Origin: a virus
Lineage: Duplodnaviria; Caudoviricetes
Virus record (IMG/VR): IMGVR_UViG_3300002855_000250
Location: 1 to 53,315 of that record
Length of the DNA: 53,315 nt
Strand: one strand, 5' to 3'
In this document: positions 8,473 to 17,068 of the stretch, one piece after another
Position numbering within the stretch: position 1 is the first letter of the stretch
Layout: every line of letters starts with the position of its first letter
The notes under the pieces: model-generated
Seen by the model: the letters and a program-made list of their open reading frames with translations, nothing else
Told to the model about the DNA's origin: nothing
Database searches by the model: none
Position numbers and translations under genes: made by a program

Positions 8473-9840
8473 TTATCTGCTTGCTAGGATTCGAGTCCCT
8501 ATCTCGAAGGCAACTACCGAAGTGACTCCGTTACCCGCCATTTTGTAAAGTTGGGAGTCGCTTATTCCCTCTTTAAGCCCGTTGTCACGAATGATTGCTA
8601 ATACCTGTTCAGTAATGTCGTTTCGGCTCATGTCTACTTGCTCGATGTACTCCGGATGCCTGAACAGTTTGAGTCTGACATACCACCAATCGGGATAGCT
8701 CTGGAGTCTGAAGCATTCGAGCGGTGTAAGCTTCCGGATGCGGTAGCCATTTAACGTCTTAGGTGTGTGCCCGACCGTCAACGCATCCGTTTTTCCCTCT
8801 GGCTTGATGATTACCGATTCCTGTACAGTTGATCGTTTGGCATCTCCTTGAAAGGCGAATATCTTATCCTCATTTTCAACCCATCCGGCTATGCGTTCAC
8901 TTGAAAATTGACGTTGAATAACGTGCATCCTTCTTCCTTTTTCCCATTTGGTGTTACTGATTCCTTTGGGATACCATGTATCAAGGTAGTAGGCAATCCC
9001 TTCACCATCAACACTGAATTGCGTTGGTTTGTGGTCGATGATTTTCGTAACCGCATTCCCATGCTGAGCGAGTTGTGTTGGTGCTATTCCTTCGGGATCA
9101 TATACCTTCCCTGTGCCTCCGCTGTCGCACTCTAACTGTCCAGCGACTAAAACCTTCGGCTCCAAACACCCGCCCTGCATAGTTTTAAGGCATGTGCTGA
9201 TTCCGTCAGGGTGCAATACCTGATTAACTTCTCTATAGCCATCAGCTAATTGGCCAACGATTCTAATAGAGTTTTTGTTTTCGCCTCCGAAAGGAAATAT
9301 TTTTCTGGTACTTCCTTCTCCAAGACTTGCGACAATGAAGATCCGCTCTCGGTTTTGAGGAACGTAGGCCGCGCTGTTAAGCACTTGCCATTCTCCCACG
9401 TACCCCAACTCATCCAGCGTATTGAGGATAATTCCGAGCGTTCTTCCTCCGTCATGGTTTCGGAGTCCGTCCACGTTTTCAAGGAGCAGAAAGTCGGGTC
9501 TGAGAATAGATGCGAACCGGATAACTTCGAAAAAGAGAGTACCTCTTGTCTGGTCTGCAAATCCTTCACGTTTGCCAGCAATGCTAAAAGTTTGGCAAGG
9601 AAATCCTGCAGCGATAAGCCGTATGCCCCCCTCGACTCGCTCTCCGAGTTCCCGAATAGATCCATCTGATACATCTCTGATGTCATATGCGCTCCATAGC
9701 CTCCTTTCTGGGTCGTGTAGGACTTCGTAAGCTTGGTGAGCGTATTTGTCCCACTCGACATATCCAACGCACTCCATGCCCGCTTGAGTAAGCCCATAAC
9801 CAATACCACTTATACCTGCAAACAGTTCAAGGAACTTCAT
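8473..9840 (-). CDS. DNA (cytosine-5) methyltransferase with a long multi-TRD variable region
   Basis: Motifs I FAGISG, IV GFPCQ, VI ENV, VIII QNRER, IX RKLTPLECFRLQ, X YKMAGNGV. Confidence 0.95.
   Translation of the reverse strand: MKFLELFAGISGIGYGLTQAGMECVGYVEWDKYAHQAYEVLHDPERRLWSAYDIRDVSDGSIRELGERVEGGIRLIAAGFPCQTFSIAGKREGFADQTRGTLFFEVIRFASILRPDFLLLENVDGLRNHDGGRTLGIILNTLDELGYVGEWQVLNSAAYVPQNRERIFIVASLGEGSTRKIFPFGGENKNSIRIVGQLADGYREVNQVLHPDGISTCLKTMQGGCLEPKVLVAGQLECDSGGTGKVYDPEGIAPTQLAQHGNAVTKIIDHKPTQFSVDGEGIAYYLDTWYPKGISNTKWEKGRRMHVIQRQFSSERIAGWVENEDKIFAFQGDAKRSTVQESVIIKPEGKTDALTVGHTPKTLNGYRIRKLTPLECFRLQSYPDWWYVRLKLFRHPEYIEQVDMSRNDITEQVLAIIRDNGLKEGISDSQLYKMAGNGVTSVVAFEIGTRILASR
9246..9686 (-). 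CDS. Overprinted +1-frame ORF within the C5 MTase (M.EcoHK31I beta-like), 146 aa
   Basis: AGAAAGGAGG and GGAG upstream of ATG 9686; QMDLF; SSIRWMSWG...SLSQVLEKEVPEKYFLS. Confidence 0.7.
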   Translation of the reverse strand: MTSEMYQMDLFGNSESESRGAYGLSLQDFLAKLLALLANVKDLQTRQEVLSFSKLSGSHLFSDPTFCSLKTWTDSETMTEEERSELSSIRWMSWGTWENGKCLTARPTFLKTESGSSLSQVLEKEVPEKYFLSEAKTKTLLESLAN

Positions 9841-9986
9841 ATCTCTTCCTCATCATCTTCATCATCCGCGAATGGTAACGGCTCATTAGCCTTTTCCCAA
9901 ATCTCGTCAGCCTTCATCGCTTCGTACTTGTCGCCTCCGGGTTGCCAGCGTTGCTTGAGCTTTTCTTCTCTGGTTTGTTCGGTCAT
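9837..9986 (-). CDS. 49-aa acidic-tailed protein (not in the ORF track)
   Basis: MTEQTREEK...LPFADDEDDEEEI; AAGGAG RBS; ATGA overlaps at both ends. Confidence 0.7.
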   Translation of the reverse strand: MTEQTREEKLKQRWQPGGDKYEAMKADEIWEKANEPLPFADDEDDEEEI

Positions 9987-10345
9987 TGTCCCAGCTCCTT
10001 TAGTACCGCTGCTTCTTGCTCAGGCTTGCCTATCTTCCATTCGGTCAAATAATGCCTTAGCGTTCCGATAGCGACGTTGTGGCGCTCAGCAATCGCATCT
10101 TTACCCATTCCAGACAGTCTCAACCGAAGATACTCTTCACGCGACACTTTGAACTTTCTTTGCTTGGCCGCCGACTTGGCAATTGATTTAACCCGATTTT
10201 CGGTTATGATCGTTGGCTTCTTACTGCCCTTTTGCATAAGTGATTCGGGCTTGAATGTCCTGACTGGATTGCCGAGATTAACGCCGATTGTTGTAGGTGA
10301 CCCGGGCGGTATCTGGTACACCGTAACATCTCCGTTGATGTTCAC
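9983..10345 (-). CDS. Hypothetical protein with a C-terminal HTH
   Basis: MGKDAIAERHNVAIGTLRHYL. Confidence 0.6.
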   Translation of the reverse strand: MNINGDVTVYQIPPGSPTTIGVNLGNPVRTFKPESLMQKGSKKPTIITENRVKSIAKSAAKQRKFKVSREEYLRLRLSGMGKDAIAERHNVAIGTLRHYLTEWKIGKPEQEAAVLKELGQ

Positions 10346-10638
10346 CTCGGCCCCTCCCCTCGGGGTTGTTCATCTCCAATGATTTCGTGGAGCCACTTCT
10401 CGATCCGTCTCAAGTCTGCGATCAACTCGCGTACATTTGTTGCAGTGGATTCTTTGATTTTCATCCGCAAAATGAAACGGAATGCGTAATGAATATTTGT
10501 GAAATATCCGAGCGTATTGTACAATTCCGTTTCTTTCCCTGTTTCTTTGTTCTCGCTGACTTTGCCCGTGTAATCTTTCAGGATGAATTGGAATGAGTCA
10601 CTTTCGAGATACAGATTGTCTTCGATTTGTACTTTCAT
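10342..10638 (-). CDS. Conserved phage hypothetical protein
   Basis: LYLESD.FQFIL...LGYF pattern; GGGGTG RBS. Confidence 0.65.
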   Translation of the reverse strand: MKVQIEDNLYLESDSFQFILKDYTGKVSENKETGKETELYNTLGYFTNIHYAFRFILRMKIKESTATNVRELIADLRRIEKWLHEIIGDEQPRGEGPR

Positions 10639-10651
10639 TTGGTTTCACCCC

Positions 10652-11497
10652 TTAATCGGATTTGTCTTGCTGTGTGAAGCACCCGCACCCGCCTATGTCA
10701 TCCATATCAATCTGCATTCCTAACCCTTTTTCCCAATCATCTCGTAACTGCCGTAATGTGTACGGCGTCTTTTTGTACTTGGGAACCTTAAGTGTTGAAC
10801 CGTCCTTTTTTTCCACAAACTCATAATGTGAGAAAACGGATTTGCTAAGAATTGAGACATCATCACGCTCAAGGTAATTTCTCATGTCCTGCTCTTTTTC
10901 TTCGTGGTAGAGGAATCGTTCCGGCATCTTTTTGAGTAGGTTGATAAAGTGTCCTTGCCCTGCCCTTACACAGAACCCGCCACAGTTATTGTGACTGAAT
11001 CCCATTTCATAAAGGCGCGGTATCCGAATTCCTTGTTCAGCCATCTTCGAGAAAATGAATTCCTTGTCGATGTATGGCGGTTCGGTCAGGAGTGCTTCAA
11101 CTCGATACGGTTTCCATCCTTCTCTTATTGCATCCATACGGTGTATCTCTGACCAATCAATTCCGACATAGACAATGCAATCGTCTGGACTATAGTTGGC
11201 AACTACTTCGTCCTTACACATCTTTTGTTTAAGCAATGTGGAACACTGTGCAACGCGACTATTTCCAATCCATCTAACGTCACGGAATACATCCCATGGC
11301 GTTCTGCCATCCGCAATACGAACTAACTTAATTCCTGACTTCTTGGTTGTTTTGTCAATGAACCGGTACGTATCTTCATCCTCAATCAGAGTATCCGCGA
11401 ATAGGTTTATGACATTTTCTTTTCCGTATCTCTCAGCCAGGAGTTCTGATGTGTACCATGATGCCCCCCCGCCACTATAGCTGCTGATGTGGATCAT
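10652..11497 (-). CDS. PP-loop / PAPS-reductase-like protein with Cys clusters
   Basis: SYSGGGAS, ADTLIEDEDTYRF, C...LK, HNNCGGFC, GGCGCF. Confidence 0.75.
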   Translation of the reverse strand: MIHISSYSGGGASWYTSELLAERYGKENVINLFADTLIEDEDTYRFIDKTTKKSGIKLVRIADGRTPWDVFRDVRWIGNSRVAQCSTLLKQKMCKDEVVANYSPDDCIVYVGIDWSEIHRMDAIREGWKPYRVEALLTEPPYIDKEFIFSKMAEQGIRIPRLYEMGFSHNNCGGFCVRAGQGHFINLLKKMPERFLYHEEKEQDMRNYLERDDVSILSKSVFSHYEFVEKKDGSTLKVPKYKKTPYTLRQLRDDWEKGLGMQIDMDDIGGCGCFTQQDKSD

Positions 11498-11513
11498 CCT
11501 GTACCCATCCCCC

Positions 11514-12647
11514 TCAATTCGTAGTGCGGTAGGGAAGTACTAGATGCAGCGCATCAGATCCACCAACCGGCTTAATGATGATAGGGCTCATATTGCCGTT
11601 AAAACCGATGAACACTTCGTCTGTATCGATTGCTTTGAGAGCATCAAGGGCGTATTTGGAATTAAAAGCGACCTTACTTGCCTCGCCCTCCATTTTGCTA
11701 ACATCCAGCTCATCTTCGAATGCACTGTTTTCAGCAGTGGAGGATACTGTAATGCCGCCCGATTCATTGCTCATTAATCGAATGATATTGGTCTTTTCTT
11801 CTTTTGAGATGAGGTATGCTCGATCAATTGAATCTTCCAAAGCCTTTCGGTTGAGCGTCACTTCCGTTTTGAAAGAAGTGGGAATGATCTTCGATGTATC
11901 GGGATATGTCCCATCTACCATTCGAACAAAGAAAGATAGGTTTTCCGCTTGGAATGAAGCTTGATTATCCACGACAGAAATCGTTACAAGTGAATTGTCA
12001 TTGGGCAAAACCTTGTACAATTCGCCCAATTCTTTGCCGCCAATCAGCACGTTAGAAAAGATTGTGTCTGTATCCACTTGCTCGTTTAGCGTCGCCATCC
12101 TGTGACGATCCGTAGCCACTAGCCTGATTTCGCTATCCGATAGATTCAGCAAGACTCCCATCAGAACCGGCGTTCCTTCATTTGTTGTGACGGCGAATTT
12201 TGTTTTATCGATTGCATCACGGAGCTTGCTTGCAGCAATAGAAAATGATTCGTCAGATTCGATTAGCGGAAGAGTTGGAAACTCATCGGGGTCAAGTCCG
12301 GTTAACTGCAATTTTGTACGGCCCGATTTAAGGTTTGTCTTGAACCCTTCTTCTATCTCAATCTCGATTTCGTCCTTGGGCATTTTCTTTATCATCTCGA
12401 CAAAGAACTTTGCGGTAAGGACAATCCTGCCCGGTCGCTCTACTGTTCCGACGACTGCAGTCTCCGATTCCAGGGGGATGCGAGACTGAATAGTGATTGT
12501 CTGGTCACTAGCCGTCAAGGTGACTGCTGTAGCGTCTGCAACTACTAGGATGCCACTTAGTATGGGAATCGTTGTACGGCTTGCTACAGCCTTGCTAACG
12601 TGCTGTATGGCGTTGTTTAGAACGTTCTTATTTATCGTGAATTTCAT
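11514..12647 (-). CDS. dnaN: DNA polymerase III beta sliding clamp
   Basis: 377 aa; RTTIPILSGI, DEFP, VATDRHR, GTYPDT, FNSKY, LVLPYR; AAGGAAGGTG RBS. Confidence 0.95.
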   Translation of the reverse strand: MKFTINKNVLNNAIQHVSKAVASRTTIPILSGILVVADATAVTLTASDQTITIQSRIPLESETAVVGTVERPGRIVLTAKFFVEMIKKMPKDEIEIEIEEGFKTNLKSGRTKLQLTGLDPDEFPTLPLIESDESFSIAASKLRDAIDKTKFAVTTNEGTPVLMGVLLNLSDSEIRLVATDRHRMATLNEQVDTDTIFSNVLIGGKELGELYKVLPNDNSLVTISVVDNQASFQAENLSFFVRMVDGTYPDTSKIIPTSFKTEVTLNRKALEDSIDRAYLISKEEKTNIIRLMSNESGGITVSSTAENSAFEDELDVSKMEGEASKVAFNSKYALDALKAIDTDEVFIGFNGNMSPIIIKPVGGSDALHLVLPYRTTN

Positions 12648-12670
12648 GTAGTCACCTTCCTTTCGTATAG

Positions 12671-12982
12671 TTAGATCCATTGATTGCACAACCGACATTC
12701 AATGTGGTCAGGCTCCATGGCTGCTTCTCCGAACATGTAACTCCAAACCTCTTCCGTCTGGCCTTCTGGATGGGTACATGATCTTACAAACTCTTTTCTT
12801 CTATTTTCACTTTCATCAAGTACGTATTTGCATCTTGCACATATAAGACTTTCAAAAGCACATATACCATCCGGTTCGTCATAGAACTTTCTGTCCTTGT
12901 AATAAACGTCACCCTTCTTAAAGGAGCAATCACATTGAGCACACTTCCTTTTCAAAGTGCGAGATGCGATAACGCGCTTCAT
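12671..12982 (-). CDS. Cys-rich (Zn-binding) hypothetical protein
   Basis: CAQC, CARC, CTHP, CRLC. Confidence 0.65.
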   Translation of the reverse strand: MKRVIASRTLKRKCAQCDCSFKKGDVYYKDRKFYDEPDGICAFESLICARCKYVLDESENRRKEFVRSCTHPEGQTEEVWSYMFGEAAMEPDHIECRLCNQWI

Positions 12983-13512
12983 CCAGCGTCTTTCCCTTCC
13001 AGAATGCTTTTAATGACCTCTAGTTGATATTGATGGTATTCATTTGTCAGCAACTCGACATCGTGGTTTTGTGAAGCCTTCACAATCTGAGCCAATACAT
13101 AAGCATCACGGACGTTGTCGCTAGGATGTTCAAAGTTCCAGAGTCGCAGGATGGGGATTGTCATGTTGTCTTTCTTGGTGTTCCCTTTGCCTGTAGCGAA
13201 CTTTTTGAGTTGACTTGGCGTAGCCTCAATGAATGGAATTCCTGCATCAAGTAAGGCGAATCGGATTGAGTATCCTACCGCATACTGTGTGCTCACCCCT
13301 TTGCCCTGTGAACCGAACGAGAACCCTTCTATTGCAACTGCGCTATTCTCCGGAACGAAATTAATGATGTTACGACCGTATTCCAGCAATTCCTTAGCAG
13401 TAGATTTGATTCCAGTTTTAAGATGAATCTCTTTTTGAAAGATAGCCTCACCTGAACTATCTAATACGACCACGCCTGTCTTTGTTGATGGATCGATCCC
13501 AACGTGATTCAT
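12979..13512 (-). CDS. RuvC-like Holliday junction resolvase
   Basis: VGIDPST, AIEG, KKFATGKGN, DNVRDA. Confidence 0.85.
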   Translation of the reverse strand: MNHVGIDPSTKTGVVVLDSSGEAIFQKEIHLKTGIKSTAKELLEYGRNIINFVPENSAVAIEGFSFGSQGKGVSTQYAVGYSIRFALLDAGIPFIEATPSQLKKFATGKGNTKKDNMTIPILRLWNFEHPSDNVRDAYVLAQIVKASQNHDVELLTNEYHQYQLEVIKSILEGKDAG

Positions 13513-13666
13513 GTTTTTGCTTCCTCTCCTTTTTTGGCTCTCTATCATGCGCCGGCTCTATATGACGGTAGTACTCGGCGATCACGCGACCTTTGTCATC
13601 GCGAAATATTTCGTATGGCGTGTCATTGATGTAAGGGTCGTTGCACTTCTCGAGCATTTCCCTCAC
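13457..13666 (-). CDS. Hypothetical protein
   Basis: GTGA overlap with the upstream gene; GAGGTG RBS. Confidence 0.5.
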   Translation of the reverse strand: MREMLEKCNDPYINDTPYEIFRDDKGRVIAEYYRHIEPAHDREPKKERKQKHESRWDRSINKDRRGRIR

Positions 13667-13917
13667 AGCACCTCATCCTTTCCGATTCGCCCTTGTTCCT
13701 CGTAAAAGGTTCTGAGATAAGGGAACTTGCGGGCGTAATCGCGTATTTTGTAGTGCTCGAACTCCTCGACGAGTGCATCGTATAGCTTTTGCATTCGCTT
13801 AAGTTCCTCCGATCCAATCGATGCCATCATCGTCGGGTCCCGCAGCTTTAGAGCTCCGTCCACGATCCGTTTTAGAACCTTTTCCGCTTCCGCTTCCGTT
13901 TTTATTTGTCCCGCCAC
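13663..13917 (-). CDS. Hypothetical protein overlapping the helicase 3' end
   Basis: GGAGGTG RBS then GTG (MAGQIKTEAE...), 84 aa. Confidence 0.6.
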   Translation of the reverse strand: MAGQIKTEAEAEKVLKRIVDGALKLRDPTMMASIGSEELKRMQKLYDALVEEFEHYKIRDYARKFPYLRTFYEEQGRIGKDEVL

Positions 13918-15247
13918 TCGGCTTTGCACCTCCACTGAAGTGAGTGCGATCCATGTCGACGAACCCGCCTGATTTAGAATTAAAGCCCATCTCAACCTTG
14001 CCTATACCGACATTCCGACCTTTTGCGAGAATGACCTCCATGATACCTTTGTGTTCCGATTGAGGATTATAGTAGTCGTCGCGGTAAAGGAAGATTACAA
14101 TGTCCGCATCAGATTCTATAGATCCCGATTCCCGTAGGTCTGACATCATAGGTCGCTTATCCGGGCGTTTTTCACAGTCACGACCGACCGCAGATATGGC
14201 AACAACTGGGCATCCTTCTTGCATTGCAATGCGCTTAAGGCTTTGGGAAACGAACTTTACTCCCTCGTCGTTCTTACTAAATCTGCGACCTGGGTCTACC
14301 AGTTGAAGGAAGTCGATGTAAATTATCAGTTTCCGATCAGGATGTTTCTTTTTCACTTGCTTCGCTTTGCGTTTTATATCTTGTACCGTCATACCAGAAG
14401 TGTCATCGATGTAGATTAGGAGTTTTTCAAACTCATCCATCGCATCACTCCATCGCATCCAATCCGAATCATCAAGATTTCCGGTACGTAATTTTGTTGA
14501 ATCAATATTCCCGATATTGCAGATGTACCGTTCAGCAATTTTTTCTTTAGGCATTTCCAGAGAGGCGAAGAATACCACATACCCTGATTTGGCGGCCTGC
14601 TTCGAATCCTCGATGACAAAGGCGGTCTTGCCGATAGATGGTCGAGCTCCGAGGATAATCAAGTCCTTGTCCTGATGCCCGCCAGTTAGTGTATCCACCT
14701 CTTTACTGGCTGTCTTAGCCCCAGTTATCCCTTTCTTAGTGCGACGCTCGCGTATGACTTCGTGATGATTTTTAAGGATGTCAGATGCCTTTATTGGACC
14801 TTGTCCCTCTTCACCTGATCCAAGCTTCTCGGAGAGCTCATCAACCGCCTTCTGAGCTTCCCCGATCAATTCCTTACCGACCATGCCGCCGTTGGCTCCG
14901 GCGTTCGTAAGCTGGCCCAAGGTCCTCACTGTCTGCCTTAGCAGCGACTCCTCTTTGACGATAGATTGGTAACTTTCAAACTGAGCAATAGAGTGGACAG
15001 AATTGAGCAATCCGACCAAGTACGTGTAACCGCCAAGCTTATCGATGTTTTTCCCCGATACTTGAGACATTGTCATGAGGTCAATTGACTTGTCGTTTTC
15101 TTCTAAGAACCGGAAGTACTCCATAGCCAATTGATGCCGTTCATCTTGGAAATCAAGGTTTTGAAGCGTACATTCGGAGATCAGATCAGGCTCAAGAAGT
15201 ATGCACCCCAGTACCGCGGCTTCCGCTTCGTAAATGTGTTCTTTCAT
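13799..15247 (-). CDS. DnaB-family replicative helicase
   Basis: EAEAAVLG, GARPSIGKT, SLEM, IDFLQL, RPMMSDLRESGSIESDAD, AKGRN. Confidence 0.95.
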   Translation of the reverse strand: MKEHIYEAEAAVLGCILLEPDLISECTLQNLDFQDERHQLAMEYFRFLEENDKSIDLMTMSQVSGKNIDKLGGYTYLVGLLNSVHSIAQFESYQSIVKEESLLRQTVRTLGQLTNAGANGGMVGKELIGEAQKAVDELSEKLGSGEEGQGPIKASDILKNHHEVIRERRTKKGITGAKTASKEVDTLTGGHQDKDLIILGARPSIGKTAFVIEDSKQAAKSGYVVFFASLEMPKEKIAERYICNIGNIDSTKLRTGNLDDSDWMRWSDAMDEFEKLLIYIDDTSGMTVQDIKRKAKQVKKKHPDRKLIIYIDFLQLVDPGRRFSKNDEGVKFVSQSLKRIAMQEGCPVVAISAVGRDCEKRPDKRPMMSDLRESGSIESDADIVIFLYRDDYYNPQSEHKGIMEVILAKGRNVGIGKVEMGFNSKSGGFVDMDRTHFSGGAKPSGGTNKNGSGSGKGSKTDRGRSSKAAGPDDDGIDWIGGT

Positions 15248-15588
15248 TCCTCAGCACCACTTTTCAGTCGCATTAGATGTGGCGGGCAATCAATCGCTTT
15301 TTGCTCCCATTCATCCATTTCAGCGAATCTATCTTCTGTATGGGCAGCCAGTAAGTTATGATCTGTGAACTGGCTAGGATCCAGACGAACAATGTCGGCA
15401 ATGTCAGGGAACCATTTTGATGAAGCCCGATGCAGCCTATAGTTTTCGAAGGCTATTATTGGGTCCATATTTTCAAGAGCCTCAACCCACTCATCAAATA
15501 TTTGAGGGTTATTCCTTAAATCAGGTGCCTTGCTCGGGTAAGCTGCCGACGCTTTCCCCAACAATAATGCGACCTCTTCTCTCGTCAT
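15244..15588 (-). CDS. Helicase loader/inhibitor (SPP1 G39P-like)
   Basis: MTREEV..LL...AYP...W...L...FPDIADI; lies between the initiator and helicase. Confidence 0.75.
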   Translation of the reverse strand: MTREEVALLLGKASAAYPSKAPDLRNNPQIFDEWVEALENMDPIIAFENYRLHRASSKWFPDIADIVRLDPSQFTDHNLLAAHTEDRFAEMDEWEQKAIDCPPHLMRLKSGAEE

Positions 15589-16426
15589 ATTCTCCACCGC
15601 CAATCTGCCCTCTTAGAAAGTCGAGGTTAGAACCGAATTTCGTTTCGCTCGCTGCCGCTAATCCTTCAGGATCTATTGTTGGATAATCTTCATAGCGTTT
15701 CTGATTAAGAAAAGTAGAAGGATGAGGAATGAAGTTCGGTTTCGTCTCGAGCAGCTCACATGTATCTGCAAAGTTCATGGTGTTAGCGATAACGATATTG
15801 GGATCGAAATATTCCTTTTTCGAATGCTCGAACCACTTCTGTTTTGCATATGCTTTTGCTACTTTCCTTGGATAGACTTTGAAGAAGAATTCAAACCGCT
15901 CATTATTTTCTTTAATACTTTTCTTTAAAAGATCTTTTTCTTTATATGGGGGAACAATGCTTCCCCTCCAAACACCATTTCGAGGGGAAGGATACTGCCC
16001 CTCCGAGGGGAACAACGCTTCCCCTCCAACATTATCTTGAGGGGAACTATACTTCCCCTCGCGTTCAGCGAATAAATCCATTTGTTCTTCCATGGCGTCA
16101 CCGCTCTTCTCAATATTCCATTGCTCGTAATTCTTGTTAAATTTCAACTTGCGAGGTCTGACGGTTGTCTCGCTCTTTGTTACAAGAAGCACCCTATTCT
16201 TTATTAGTAGGTTCACTTCTTTTTTTATTGTCCTCAGAGATAGGCCAGTGGTTGACTGAAGGAATGAGAGAGAGAACTCATAATCTTTCCTGCTGTATCC
16301 GTAAGTCAACCGCCAAACCTTGAGGATGATCCGAAGCTGAGCGCCGTTAAATGCGTAATAACAAATAGCATCGACAGTCTCATTTGCTACTGGAGTGAAT
16401 CCATTCTCCTTTTGCGGACTTGCCAT
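15521..16426 (-). CDS. Replication initiator (lambda O-like N-terminus)
   Basis: MASPQKENGFTPVANE, RLTYGY, FFKVYPRK..K..A, PHPSTFLNQ; internal iterons. Confidence 0.9.
   Translation of the reverse strand: MASPQKENGFTPVANETVDAICYYAFNGAQLRIILKVWRLTYGYSRKDYEFSLSFLQSTTGLSLRTIKKEVNLLIKNRVLLVTKSETTVRPRKLKFNKNYEQWNIEKSGDAMEEQMDLFAEREGKYSSPQDNVGGEALFPSEGQYPSPRNGVWRGSIVPPYKEKDLLKKSIKENNERFEFFFKVYPRKVAKAYAKQKWFEHSKKEYFDPNIVIANTMNFADTCELLETKPNFIPHPSTFLNQKRYEDYPTIDPEGLAAASETKFGSNLDFLRGQIGGGEYDERRGRIIVGESVGSLPEQGT
15901..16060. repeat. Replication origin: four 22-bp palindromic iterons plus an AT-rich tract
   Basis: GAGGGGAA-N6-TTCCCCTC-type units at 15947-15968, 15982-16003, 16005-16026 and 16039-16060; AT-rich 15901-15946. 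Confidence 0.9.
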
Positions 16427-16432
16427 TCCACC

Positions 16433-17068
16433 TCACCCGCTTGCTTTTTTTCCGAAGATACTTTCGTACAATTCATCTATTTTCTTTGCGAAACCGATTG
16501 GGCTTGTACCGCGTGCTGTTTTTACCGTAATGCCGTACTCCTCAAGAAGCTCTCTTACTCCATGCTGGAACTTTTCCCAAGGCGTTTCTTCGACCGTGTA
16601 GCCGTATCTGAGAGCGTCAACAAGATCAATGAATGAATGTGTGGCCGCCCTTTCCTTCAACATCTTCATATGCTCGCTGTCATAGTCGCTGCCATCCCTC
16701 GCTAGCTGCCAAGCAAGATAATCAATGTTAGCGTCATCTTTCATCGCTTTTGCCAGAGCATCAGCCACTTCCCTCGGAAGGGGAACCTTCTTTGCTGCTT
16801 TAGCTTCCTGAAGCTCCTTGTTAAGCTGGACGACATTATCCTGAAGGCGCTCGGAGCTCTCAAACATTCGCCTCTCGTCCTTTGCCTTTTCATCAACGAG
16901 CTGCCGAAGTCTTTCTATTTCCGCTCTATATTGGTTAATTTCGATATCGAGCGTTTCGATGTGACCGATAAGCACATTGACCGCGTCGATGTAGTTGATT
17001 CCATATGCTAGATTAGCTTGCTTTTCGATTTCTTTAATCTTTTCTTTCGAAAGCCTTGTTGTTATCAA
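16433..17068 (-). CDS. Coiled-coil protein with a DUF1642-like domain
   Basis: KVPLPREVADAL...ALRYGYTVEE. Confidence 0.6.
   Translation of the reverse strand: MITTRLSKEKIKEIEKQANLAYGINYIDAVNVLIGHIETLDIEINQYRAEIERLRQLVDEKAKDERRMFESSERLQDNVVQLNKELQEAKAAKKVPLPREVADALAKAMKDDANIDYLAWQLARDGSDYDSEHMKMLKERAATHSFIDLVDALRYGYTVEETPWEKFQHGVRELLEEYGITVKTARGTSPIGFAKKIDELYESIFGKKASG

Noticed and set aside
6046-9840. Restriction-modification, BREX or DISARM defence system
   Set aside because: No endonuclease, PglZ/BrxC or Drm genes are recognisable; the genes lie in the lytic replication operon
10652-11497. Complete Dnd phosphorothioation or 7-deazaguanine pathway
   Set aside because: No DndD/DndE, cysteine desulfurase, DpdA, FolE or QueD/E in the window
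11514-12647. Host oriC region (dnaA-dnaN-recF) captured or misassembled
   Set aside because: dnaN is flanked by phage genes in the same operon, with no dnaA, recF or gyrB
15947-16060. CRISPR-like array
   Set aside because: Spacers are 1-13 bp and the repeats lie inside the initiator gene; these are origin iterons, and no cas genes are present
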